A stretch of DNA of 64,000 nucleotides, from contig MU058289.1 of NCBI GenBank assembly GCA_013265495.1, positions 2,541,451-2,605,450 on the forward strand, read 5' to 3'. The notes beneath the pieces are model-generated. The model saw only the letters and a list, made by a program, of their open reading frames with translations, made no database searches and had not been told where the DNA came from. Positions 1 through 64,000 of the stretch are shown piece after piece (the stretch's first letter is position 1; each line of letters starts with the position of its first letter). Both the position numbers and the translations under genes were made by a program. This DNA is from Vicugna vicugna. Taxonomy: Eukaryota.

Positions 1-110
1 TGGGTTCAATGAACTGTGGATCATTTTATATGATGCATTTGAGCATCCATGGCTTTTGGCATCTGCCGGGCATGTTGGAGCCCTTCCACATGGACATCAG
101 GGCACGACTG
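1..110. mobile_element. Tigger/MER2-like DNA transposon end (partial)
   Basis: Ends ...CAGGGCACGACTG followed by TA, resembling the MER2/Tigger terminal repeat; similar to the end of the copy at 39620-39825. Confidence 0.55.
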
Positions 111-889
111 TATAAAGCAAGGGTATCAGGAGGGCACGTGAGGGGCTTGAGAGAAGGAATGTAGGAGAAAAGGAATAAAGTTACTAGGGAAATGTAGGAG
201 CACCAGGTAATGAGGTGCCTTGTAGAGGTTTGGGGTCGGCATTAGAATTTCAAGGGAAGCCAGTTGGCTTGGTAAATATCCTCCAGGAATGTGTGGCTTT
301 TTGGATGCAGGTTTGGGGGAGACAGAGGATAGAGTTGACATTTCCTGGCTTACAGTTGCTGGTGGAAGAGAATCGAGGGTATTTATGAGGGAGTGGTTAT
401 AATGATGCATAATGGACACTAAGCAGGTTAAAGTCGAAAAATGTTTGCAGGCATCAAATCTACCTCCAGGACTGTTTGTTTTATTATTGTTTTTAATAAT
501 AGCATGTGTGTCAGGTAGAGCATGGTGGGATTAATGGGCAGTTTTATAGAAAAAGGAGAGGCAACTTCATCCAGAGGGGCCAAACTCAAGAGGGACATTT
601 TACAGTGAATACCCCTCCTTTATTGCTGCATCACCCAAATTCCCCTCCTGGATTTATATTGTGAACAGTGTGCCCAACCACTTTCAATATAGTGCATGTA
701 TACTTATATATATGGCCTGATTTCAGTGCCTGGCACATGGTAGATGGTCAGTAAACATTTGAGCAAAGTAATCTCAATGTTAGGCACACCTTAGAAGCAG
801 GTGATAACTTACGTGGAAGTGTTTAGAAAGCAGCCTCCTTCCCATTTCCTATTTAACTCCGACACGATCCTTTAAAAGTTCATGGTAGT

Positions 890-1045
890 GGTTGGTGGGT
901 ATGGAGTTCACTTGGGGAAGATGGAAAAGTTCTGCAGGTGGATGACGGTGATGGTTACACAACAATGTGAATGTACTTAATACCACTGAACTACAGTCAA
1001 ATAATGGTTAATGGTCAATTTTATGTATATTTCACCAGTTTTTAA
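890..1045 (+). mobile_element. Old L1 (L1M) 3' end fragment
   Basis: GATGGTTACACAACAATGTGAATGTACTTAATACCACTGAACT motif typical of L1M 3' ends. Confidence 0.65.
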
Positions 1046-1632
1046 AATGGGGAAAAGTTAATCACATCGACACCATAGATTCTGTACTGTCTTTAAAGAG
1101 AGTGAAGTTGACCTCTACCTATCGGTAGGGGCTGAAATCCAGGATACGTTAAGCAGAGAAAGCAGGGTGCAGACCAGTGTGTGTGTGATTCTTAAGGAAA
1201 GACAAATGGTGCTGCGTGCTTCTGCACCACATCAATACCTGTGTATGGACGTTATCTTTAAAGTATAACAGACAGTGGTGACCTCAGGGGAATGACCTGA
1301 AAGCTGGGCTGGGAGGGACACCTCCTTTCACCTTATGCATTTTCATATTACTGACCATAAGTATGTATTACTTTTTCAAATATAAATATAACCTTAAAAA
1401 GTCGATACTGGTCATTAGCCTAAATCACGACTACTGAGCACATTCCTTAAAAACTGTCCTTGTTTTTAAGAACCTAATTCTACAAGCGTTAGTCACCGAG
1501 TTTCGGAATTATACCAACTGAGTTTTAAAAAGGATGCTGTAAGCGTGGAATGGGAATCTGAAAACTTGGCAGTCATTTCTCGGACATCTTTGAGGGTTTC
1601 TAACACCCTTCTCCTTCCTTTTCCATGTGCAG

Positions 1633-1893
1633 CACAGTAAGTGTGCCACATTCTCGGTGGGAATGCAGAAAACCTACTCCATGATCTGCTTAGCCATAGA
1701 TGACGATGATAAAACGGATAAAAACAAGAAAGTCTCAAAAAAGCGTTCATTTTTGAGCTGGAGCATCAACAAGAACAGACAGAAGTCGGTGAGCACCCTG
1801 TGCCTCCCGTCGGTCGGGGTCCCGGGGCCTCCGGTCAAGAAGAAGCTCCCGTCTCCGTTCAGCCTTCTCAACAGCGACAGCTCCTTGTACTAA
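1633..1893 (+). CDS. RHPN2: Rhophilin-2, last coding exon (C-terminus)
   Basis: Pyrimidine tract + CAG acceptor ending 1632; [27 protein letters not shown]...[17 protein letters not shown] matches the rhophilin-2 C-terminus; synteny with FAAP24/CEP89. Confidence 0.95.
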   Translation, partial: HSKCATFSVGMQKTYSMICLAIDDDDKTDKNKKVSKKRSFLSWSINKNRQKSVSTLCLPSVGVPGPPVKKKLPSPFSLLNSDSSLY

Positions 1894-2898
1894 TTAATGT
1901 GAGGAAACTAGGACGTTTCCAGGACAGACTGGGCCTCCGTATCTGTGCCTTAAAGGAACATTTCTAAATAGTCTCAAATCCCATTTTCTCACAGTGTAGA
2001 CCTACAACTGATATGTCTTTATGAGTGAAAGTAACAAGAAACCTCTAGATATTTGTGGAAAACAAACTTATTTGGCGAGTCTCACCACATTGCTACAAGT
2101 TATTTATTACATAAGGTATTGTAAATAGAATTACTTTGAAAGTATGGCTGTTTTTAATGACTTTTAGTCACTTACTATCATAGTTAAATTTGGACCACCT
2201 GTATTGGTCCTGTTTGTAACTTTCCAGACTTGGGTAATAGATAATTTCTTGACTCAGAATTCAGATGACCCCAGATTAAGGCAAGCCAAGGGACTATAAT
2301 GACAGATTAGTGTTACTAAAAACTGTTCCAAAGGGATGCTTCCCCAGGGGGAATTCATTAACCTAAAACAACAAGATTTTACTATTACTTCTAGATAATA
2401 TAATGCTATTTCCAGATAAAGCCTAGTGCCAAATTTGTCATGGCTAATTAGATAAAAAACCATTTCCCCTACTTTATGTCATTAAAAAGTCGCTAACACA
2501 GTGGCAGTGTTAGATGAAGATGCTGTCTACAAGGTAGATAATATACTGTTTGATACTCAAAACACTATTCATTTTGTTTAAAGTAGAAAGTACATAACTG
2601 TATTTTAAGAGTCTTTAAGAAGGGTTAAAAACATTTTAAAAGGTCAAGATGTAAATGATTCAAGTTTAGAGCTCTATTTGACTTTTGATTTGCTGTAAGT
2701 TGGATGATACTGTGATTCTGGTAAGATTCACGGTTGACATAGTACAAATTATATAGCTTAAAAAAATAACAGCATTGATACCTAATTTTGAGAATGAATG
2801 AACTTAAATGTTTTCTAGTGTGTAATATCAAAAGGGAAACCACTATATTTGGGAAAGTGTATCCACTGCTCTTAGGGCCACTTTTGTATAAATATTTA

Positions 2899-2904
2899 AA
2901 TAAA
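2899..2904 (+). terminator. RHPN2: Putative RHPN2 poly(A) signal
   Basis: AATAAA with TGTA just upstream (2885) and U-rich sequence downstream, about 1 kb after the stop. Confidence 0.7.
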
Positions 2905-3090
2905 CTCATTCATTTGCCTGAGCTAATGTTTTCTACTTTTATTTCATTTTAATTTCCTCTTTTAAGTCATTTTTGCCCTCATGCACAAAATGTTTTTCAT
3001 TGTGTTTCATTTTTTGAAATGACTAACATTTCACAAAACAGAACTTAAAGGGCTTTCAAGTTACCTCAGTATCCTTGAAAACATAAGATC

Positions 3091-3096
3091 TTTATT
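3091..3096 (-). terminator. FAAP24: Putative FAAP24 poly(A) signal
   Basis: First canonical AATAAA I found on the - strand downstream of the FAAP24 stop. Confidence 0.45.
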
Positions 3097-3822
3097 TTTG
3101 GAATAGGCTATTATACCTTCTGACCCCAGCCCTTGGCTTTCCTCTCTGGATGCGGCTGCCCCTCCCATTTTCCTGTGTCCCTGCCCATTGTTGGGCTGTA
3201 CATTTACAAACACATGCCTTCCCTCCCTCACACACACTGGCTTTTTATCTTAAAATGGGAACTCTAGACTCCAAGCTTTCCATGTTCAGAAGACTGTGCC
3301 CACTGACTATAAACAAACTGTGCAGCTATCAGGAAGGGAGTAGGAAGGAAGAAAGGCAGTACAATTATTTGTTTACACTGGCAACAGCCCTCAAAGCACA
3401 GGTGTATTAAGACCAGACCTGAAAACCAGTGGCTCCGCCAGCAGGAACAACGGGCTTATGGTGCACAGTGCTTCATTGTAGGTTTGTTTCCTTTAGACGG
3501 TCACATCTTTCACCTTCCGTGATATAGGTCATGGTCATACATGAAAGTCTGCCCAAGCTGGCTTTCTGCTGAATCTGAGAGTCCCTATTTAAATCGACTC
3601 CCTTAGAAAGACGCCCACCAGCCCTCTTCATGCCAGCAGGATGGGGGCAGTGCCACCTGGGGCCCACTAACTGAAGTGCCTGAGCCCAGGGGGCAGGGTG
3701 GGACAGCTGGCAGGTTCCACTCAGGCCTTACTATCTTTCACTAGAAAATCTTTTTTCTTAATGTGAAAACAAGAGAAGATCCTGTAGTCCGTGGTGTAAA
3801 GGAGATGCCGGGAGAAGAGCCG

Positions 3823-4071
3823 TCACCTGGACTGGGTGAAGAACGCATGAATGTGCTGGGCCACTGCTTGTCCGACCACTGGCTCCAGTTCTTGGATGGA
3901 AGCATTACTCAGCTGCTGGAGACTTGGAAACCTCTGAAGCAGCAGCGGGGCTTTAACTTTTCCGACTCCTGGGATCTGCTGCACAGTTCGAAGGAGGGCC
4001 GGCTCAGAGATCAGAGCCCGTTTCTTTCTGAGCAAAGGGTTCTTACTGGGCTCTTTGGCTTGCTCTTGAAC
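3823..4071 (-). CDS. FAAP24: FAAP24 last coding exon (HhH domain)
   Basis: ttcag|GTT CAA GAG; VQEQAKEPSKNP...HAFFTQSR*. Confidence 0.95.
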   Translation of the reverse strand, partial: VQEQAKEPSKNPLLRKKRALISEPALLRTVQQIPGVGKVKAPLLLQRFPSLQQLSNASIQELEPVVGQAVAQHIHAFFTQSR

Positions 4072-6100
4072 CTGAACCAAGATGAAAGGAAAAGCACATG
4101 AGTGCCCTCTAGAGGACTGGCAGTTTTCATAAACACTTGTTTTATGGAAATACAGTTTTTCCAGATGGTTCAGCTTGACGTATCACTACAAATGTTTTCA
4201 TATACCATGAATATGATTTTTCAGACATCAGCAGAGTTATTGAAAGGTGAACCATGTGACTACACCAGGGAGGAAGAGATAAAAATTGATTTACAAAAAC
4301 TTGAGATTTCAGAAAGCTTAGGATAAAATGAATGAACAGATAACTGAGGAATTCAAGCATGTTCCTGTGGTCCACTAAGAAATGTTTCAGTGGTATAGGA
4401 TTAGATGACAGCTATACCAGCTTGATACAGGACCTGGAAGAAGCTTGCCTATCGGAGGAAAAACCCAGTCTTCAGTTAGTGGTGGATACAGGAAGGCAGA
4501 TAATAGCATCATAGCAAGGGGAGTTAGGAAGAGTAAGGCAAGGGATGTGGTGGACAGCCGTGGGGATGGAGGGATCTGTGAACAATGCAGGGCTGCTTGC
4601 ATTTTTCAAATTGCCTCTCAACCCTAGCTGCACATCAGAGGGGGAGAGTTCAGAACAACACAACAACAATAACTGATGACTAGGCCCTGCCCCCACATTC
4701 TGATTTTTTTTTTTTTAAACTGAAGTATAGTAGATTTACAGTGTTGTGTAGATTCTGATTTCTAACTGGTCTGAGGTAAGGCTCATGTATTAGTATTTTT
4801 AAAAGTTCCCCAGGAAATTCTAATGTTTAAGCACACTAAATAATCAGTGAGAACAGTGGAGAACCACCAAGTTTTTTTTTTAATTTTATTTATTTGGGGT
4901 GGGTAATTAGATCTATTTATTTGTTTTTAGAGGAAGTGCTGGGGATTGAACCCAGGACTTTGTGTATGCTAACCATGCGCTCTACCACTTGAACTACACC
5001 CTCTCCAGAGAAACACCAAGTGTTAAAAAGAACACAACACATAAACTTGAAGACAGAAGTACTGATGCTTAACAAAAGATATGCGGGGAGGAGGCTGGGC
5101 AGCTGTGAGTTAACATTGTCACTAGTGTAAGTGCGGAATAATGCATGATGGAGTCATCACAGCCTGGGAGGCCAAAATCAGGTGTCTAACTTGTTCACTT
5201 TATTATATACTTGTCTAGGGTAGGGGGCAAGCTCAGCTGGCTGCAGAAGCCACCTCTGAACTTAAATTCCTCAAAAAAGTTTTTATAAACCAACCCAGAG
5301 ACTGATATAGATCAATCTGACACAATGCACCTACAGTAAGAGTAGCTGCCAGAGAAGGATCCAGGAAGGTCAGTCAAGAGTCAGAAAACAGAGCTACTGG
5401 GGAGTAGGAATCAGTACTTACTAACTGGATGAGGAGGCAGGACGCTTCCATCTGGCTGGCCACTGGAAGCAACACCATCCCAAGATCCAGCACAGTAAAT
5501 TTCTGCATGGCTGGAAAGTACTGTTCACTCATCTGCGTTTTTTCAACCACTACAATCCCTTGAAGTTTACCGGACTTCAACAAAAAAAAAAAAGGCAAGA
5601 AACTATTTTGTAACAAAATTCCACTTAGATGAAGAAGCTATCCAAGAGTGCTTGGAATGGTCAATGGTTTTACATAAATTATTCCAAGATAGAAGTCAAT
5701 TTTCATTTTCAGTTTCTTTAACTAAGCACTCACATTTCTAACCCGAACAAGTCTCTTTCTGTAGCCATTTCCTGCTACCAAATCCGCTTCGGTGACATAA
5801 AGAATGCAGGATCTGCTAGACAAGTAAAAATCTACCGGTGCCAGGCCATCCTCAAAAACGAGTTTAATTTTCCCTTAAAATACAGACAAGAAAGTAAGTT
5901 CCCTGAGCTTTGGCTGAAAAGACGGCAATAGGTGAAACGTTTTTTAAAAGTGGGGTGGGGTGACAGAGGGCTGGTGTGGAGGAAGCCCACCGACCTTGCA
6001 TTTCTTGTGCCAGATGCGATCCGCGCCATTTCTCATTGGCCACAATGTGCCCAAATGGCACGTACATGGGGCCTGTGCCATCAGCGGCGTTCCCTTCCAT
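3823..6100 (-). CDS. FAAP24: Fanconi anemia core complex-associated protein 24, complete spliced CDS, 215 aa
   Basis: join(complement 5995-6100, 5734-5873, 5422-5574, 3823-4071) = 648 nt, all GT-AG and in phase; ERCC4-like N-terminus and C-terminal tandem HhH (IPGVGKVKA). Confidence 0.97.
4615..4830. mobile_element. MER5A-like hAT element interrupted by a ~45-bp L1 3' tail (4707-4750)
   Basis: MER5-like motifs; poly-T + AACTGAAGTATAG L1 tail flanked by duplicated ATTCTGATTT. Confidence 0.5.
4872..5006 (-). mobile_element. tRNA-Ala-derived SINE (Vic-1-like)
   Basis: A/B-box tRNA-like head, AT-rich tail, TSD GAGAA(C/A)CACCAAGT. Confidence 0.9.
5422..5574 (-). CDS. FAAP24: FAAP24 coding exon 3
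   Basis: poly-T + gaag|TCC; SGKLQGIVVVEKTQMSEQYF...LLIQL|gtaagt. Confidence 0.95.
5734..5873 (-). CDS. FAAP24: FAAP24 coding exon 2
   Basis: ttttaag|GG; KIKLVFEDGLAPVDFYLSSRSCILYVTEADLVAGNGYRKRLVRVRN|gtgagt. Confidence 0.95.
5995..6100 (-). CDS. FAAP24: FAAP24 coding exon 1 (exon likely starts at 6113 with 13 nt 5'UTR)
   Basis: MEGNAADGTGPMYVPFGHIVANEKWRGSHLAQEMQG|gtcggt; acceptor ctcattag at 6114-6115. Confidence 0.95.
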
Positions 6101-6821
6101 CGGCGGCCTCGATCTAATGAGAGGAATGCAAGACGGCGCTTGAGTAGGCTCTCCGGCACAAGGCCCCACACTCCCCTCCGAGCTCGGGCCTCTGGCAGGA
6201 GCCCGTCTGAAGAGTGTTCTTGAAAAGACTGGATTATCGGCCAAAGGCTAAGAACAAGGAGATTCCTGTCCTGGTAGCCGCGTCCCTCATTTCCGTCACC
6301 TGCCTGGCCCCTGACACCCCCCTGCTCGGTCCGCGCCGTGTTGGCTCAGTCCAATCCAGGGTGGAGGCCGAGCCGGCCGGGGCCCCACTTCGGCCCCAGC
6401 CCAAGGGTTCCGGCGACATTACCTGCGGCGCGCCACTTCCGGGTTCCTTCCTGCGCTCTCGCCGGGTCCTTCATCCTGCCCGCCCTCCGCCTCTCCCGGC
6501 GCCGGATAGGCTATGGCCTTGGAGATCGACACCTGATCTGGCCAATAAAAGGATGGACAGCGCGCACAGTTTCCGCCCCGGAGAGTGTTTGAATGAGACC
6601 CGCTGGTTGCCAAGAGCGACGGGTGTGAAGTAACCTTGGCTCTGATTGGTCAGGCGGAAAGCAGAGCTAACGGTAGACGTGGTTGTTGCTAAGTCCCTTG
6701 ATTGAGTAGCATCGGCGTTTGGGGCAAGGCCAGCTGGAGGAGCCAGACTTTAGAGAGTGGTCCTCCGCTCTGAGATCTACTTGGCAGTCCAGTCGGGGTC
6801 TGGCCGCCTTCCGCAGCAAGG

Positions 6822-60883
<54,062 letters not shown>

Positions 60884-61725
60884 TAGCCTTAGAGATTCCA
60901 CTGTCAAATGGGAACGGAGGCTTCCTGGGGTCAGATTTCTGTGTTTAAGGAAATACTTCATTTTGCTTGGGTGTAACCCTGCTCATCCTCAGAGTAGAGC
61001 AGCGTGGGTTTCTCGGGCAGAAATAGCACCTGTCCACTCATTAAATGATCTTTGGTTCACCCGCACAGTAAGGTGATGCACAGCTACTTTTTAAAGAAAA
61101 GACATGGAAAAATCTCCAGGCTGTATTGTTAAGTTGATGTTGAGCTTTGTGATCTAGCCCAGCGTTTGTTGGTTCGGTTAGACACCGGCTCCTCTCCCGC
61201 GAATCCTGACTGCGCCCTCGGTTTCTCTGCCTGAGAAGGCCGTTCTCATTGTACTGACCCTCCTACCCTTGGCCACCTCCCTCACCTGACCTCCGCTCTC
61301 CTCCCTGTCATTTGTGTTCCGACTGCCGGCCTCTGGGCGTGCATCTAAAGACTCGCCAGCCGAGCTGATTTCCCTGGGGCAGTGGCTGGGGCGGGGCGGG
61401 AGAGGCCCTGTGAGGGGAGCGTCTGTGAGGGCACATGGCTCTGACCATGGGGAGTAAGATCTAGGACCTCTGCGCTCAAGTGCGTGTGTGTCTAGGACAG
61501 TGATTACAAGGACCTGTTAAGTAGAGAAATAGATTGGTGACATTTCATATATTGGAAAATTAGCAAACTAGGAAAAATGAAACATTGGCTGGCTGTATGT
61601 AAATACTTGTGGTATTGGGTGAACAGTATGCATATATATGTATGTAAACATATGCTGTAAGTTTGTTTTGTTTTAAGGAATGTACATTTTAGTCCTAAAT
61701 TATTTATTTTTAAAAAGTTAAGCAA

Positions 61726-61880
61726 GGAGGGGAGGCTATAGCCCAATGGCAGAGCACATGCCTAGCATGCATGAGGTCCTGGGTTCAATCCCTAGTACCT
61801 CCATTAAAAACAAACAAAATAATTTCCTCCCCCCAACCAAAGATTTTTACAGGAAAAAGATTCAATTTAAAAAAGAAAAA
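61726..61880 (+). mobile_element. tRNA-Ala-derived SINE
   Basis: TSD AAAA(G/A)TTAAGCAA. Confidence 0.88.
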
Positions 61881-62639
61881 AATTAAGCAAAATTTAAGAT
61901 TGCTCAGACTCAAATATATGTCCTAATGTGAAGAACAGATTTTATCTTTCCTATGTTTCATAAATATTGCTTAAGTGACACAAATAGTAAGTTTTGGGGA
62001 GCCACATTGCCTTGTACGTTCGGATTTTCAAGTAGTACAGACAGAGATGCCAACTGAAGGTCTTTCTGGTTTCCAGTAGGGTCTGTACCACACGGCATCC
62101 TTAAGCTTCTCTGACCTGGATTCTGCACTTCGTCCAGGGAAGGTCACCTCCCTCGAACTAAGTTCAGGGATGACTAGCACGCCCACCAGAGCATCACTGT
62201 TCCCATTTATAATGGCCTGGTGTGCTCAGGGACGCCCTCACCACCAGTGCAGAGAACTTCCCTCTTTGGACCAGAGCGGCTCCACCCTTCCCAAATGTGG
62301 GCTCTTAGGCATGATGCTACTTGAAGAAAGGAATCTTTTGCTGAGAGGGAAAGTTCAAAATGTCTGTATTAGTCCCACATTCAGAACTCAGAAGAATCTA
62401 TCCTGTGGCTTCCGGTGGTAGGGATGACTTAATTTAACCGGGTAATTTAACTTGGAATTGTATTGTCTTCTAAAATGTCATCATAAATTCTTAGCTGATA
62501 TCTTAGTTTTCCAGGAATTTTATTTGTGTGATACAAATGCTGTGTCACAGAATGTTCACCAGCTGACACAGTTTTAAAATAAATGAGGTTATAGGAAATT
62601 TAATCTTTAATCTTAAAGTACACTTAGTTGTCATTATAA

Positions 62640-62727
62640 TCTTTTTTTTTAATGGTAGTACTGGGGATTGAACCCAGGACCTCAAGCATGCTAAGCATGC
62701 CCTCTACCAGTGAGCTATACCCTCCCC
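62640..62727 (-). mobile_element. tRNA-Ala-derived SINE
   Basis: TSD CTTAGTTGTCA. Confidence 0.9.
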
Positions 62728-64000
62728 CTTAGTTGTCACAATCTGAACACCAAAAGGGTAAAGAAAAAGAAATCTGTATCTACACATGTTGTTGTGGAAT
62801 TGCATAACACGGAAGGCAAAGAGGAAATCTTAAAAGTGGCCAAAGGGTGAAAATGGGTTTTTTACTCCTTTTGTACCAAAAGGTCAAAAATTCAGAAGTT
62901 TGACGATACAGAGTGTTTGGCAATGACACGAAGCAGTGGGAACTTTTCTATGTGGCTACTGGGGCTGGAAATTGGTTCTAACCTTTAGTAAAGGAGAACA
63001 TTGACACAGCTCACAACCCAGCCATTCCTCCCTCATCCTTTCCAGAGAAAGAAGCCCTCACACAGGAGCAACCAGAAATCGTGTAAAGAAATGACCCCAT
63101 CAGCACTGTTCATAATTGTCCCAAATGAAATGACCCCATATCCGTCAGCAGTGGAACAGATAAATAAATTGTGATACAGTCATAAAGGAATACCTAATAG
63201 CAATGAAAATGAACAAACTATATTTACAATATTTAGCAAGCGCATCTCACAAACATAATATTGAGTGAAAGGAGCACAACATAAATGAGTACCTGTGATA
63301 TGGCTGTATTTATATAAAGTTTAAAACAGGCAAAATTGGGGCATACACAGATTTTAAAACTGAGGAAAAAAAAGTAAGGAAAAGCATATAGCAAAAATGA
63401 GATTAATGATTATGTCTTAAGGGGTTGGGACTTCGGTGTTTCCAGGATGCTGATTATGTTCTGTCTATTGACTTAGAAGAGAATTACATGGCATTTGCTT
63501 TATTATGAATTAAATTACTCATACTTGTTTTCTATGCTCTCCCCCAAATATCCACATCGTTTTATCAGTGAGGCTTACTTTGACTGTTCAAAATTGCTGT
63601 TCATTCATTCTTCCGTATTCCTGATTCTCATTTCCTTGCTTTGTTATTTCTTCCATAGAAAATGTCACCTTCTAACAGACTATGTAATTTATTTATTATG
63701 TTGATTGGTTATTGTCTCTTCCGACCAGATTGACAAGGGCAGGGACTTGTTTCTGTTTTTGTTCACTGGTGTATCCCAAGCACTGAGAATAGCACCTTCA
63801 GTTAATTCAATAACTGTTGGAGGAATTCAGTAATACGTTGTACAGTTTTTAAAATTTAACAAAATCAAAAGAAGTATATAAAATGATATCTCAGCTCTGC
63901 ATCGGAAAGGCTAGAAGGAATACACTGCACTGTTATGATGAGAGTCTGCCTCGACGTATTATGTATGAGTAACAATGAGCAGTTACGGTTTGTTTGTTTT

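Noticed and set aside
126..460. 97-aa ORF, possible ND5-like NUMT
   Set aside because: CATTATAACCACTCCC motif is shared with the L2-like relic near 7740; no convincing mitochondrial translation; more likely decayed L2
6214..6633. 139-aa ORF and other overlapping ORFs in the promoter
   Set aside because: Expected stop-codon scarcity in a CpG island; non-ATG start and no recognisable domain
61160..61500. GC-box and CpG-enriched patch in intron 17 as an internal promoter
   Set aside because: Short and only modestly CpG-rich; no other support from sequence alone

Overview
Mammalian nuclear DNA, most likely a camelid, judging by 13 copies of a tRNA-Ala-derived SINE resembling camelid Vic-1. It carries the conserved RHPN2-FAAP24-CEP89 cluster: the last coding exon and 3'UTR of RHPN2 (+), the complete FAAP24 gene (-, 4 coding exons, 215 aa), a shared CpG-rich bidirectional promoter, and CEP89 coding exons 1-17 (+, 655 codons, continuing past the window). 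CEP89 introns are filled with L1, L2, MIR, DNA-transposon, LTR and SINE relics. I found no wholly new biological system. The most notable local structures are: a cytochrome b NUMT inside a patchwork insertion; an ERV1-type solo LTR splitting a SINE; an L1 3' transduction; an RPL31 retrocopy whose tail position is a TG microsatellite; a three-level nested L1/L1/SINE; a GC-AG intron; and a tandem splice donor whose frameshift would be rescued by skipping a 29-nt microexon. Gene and repeat names come from recalled sequence similarity, not database searches.
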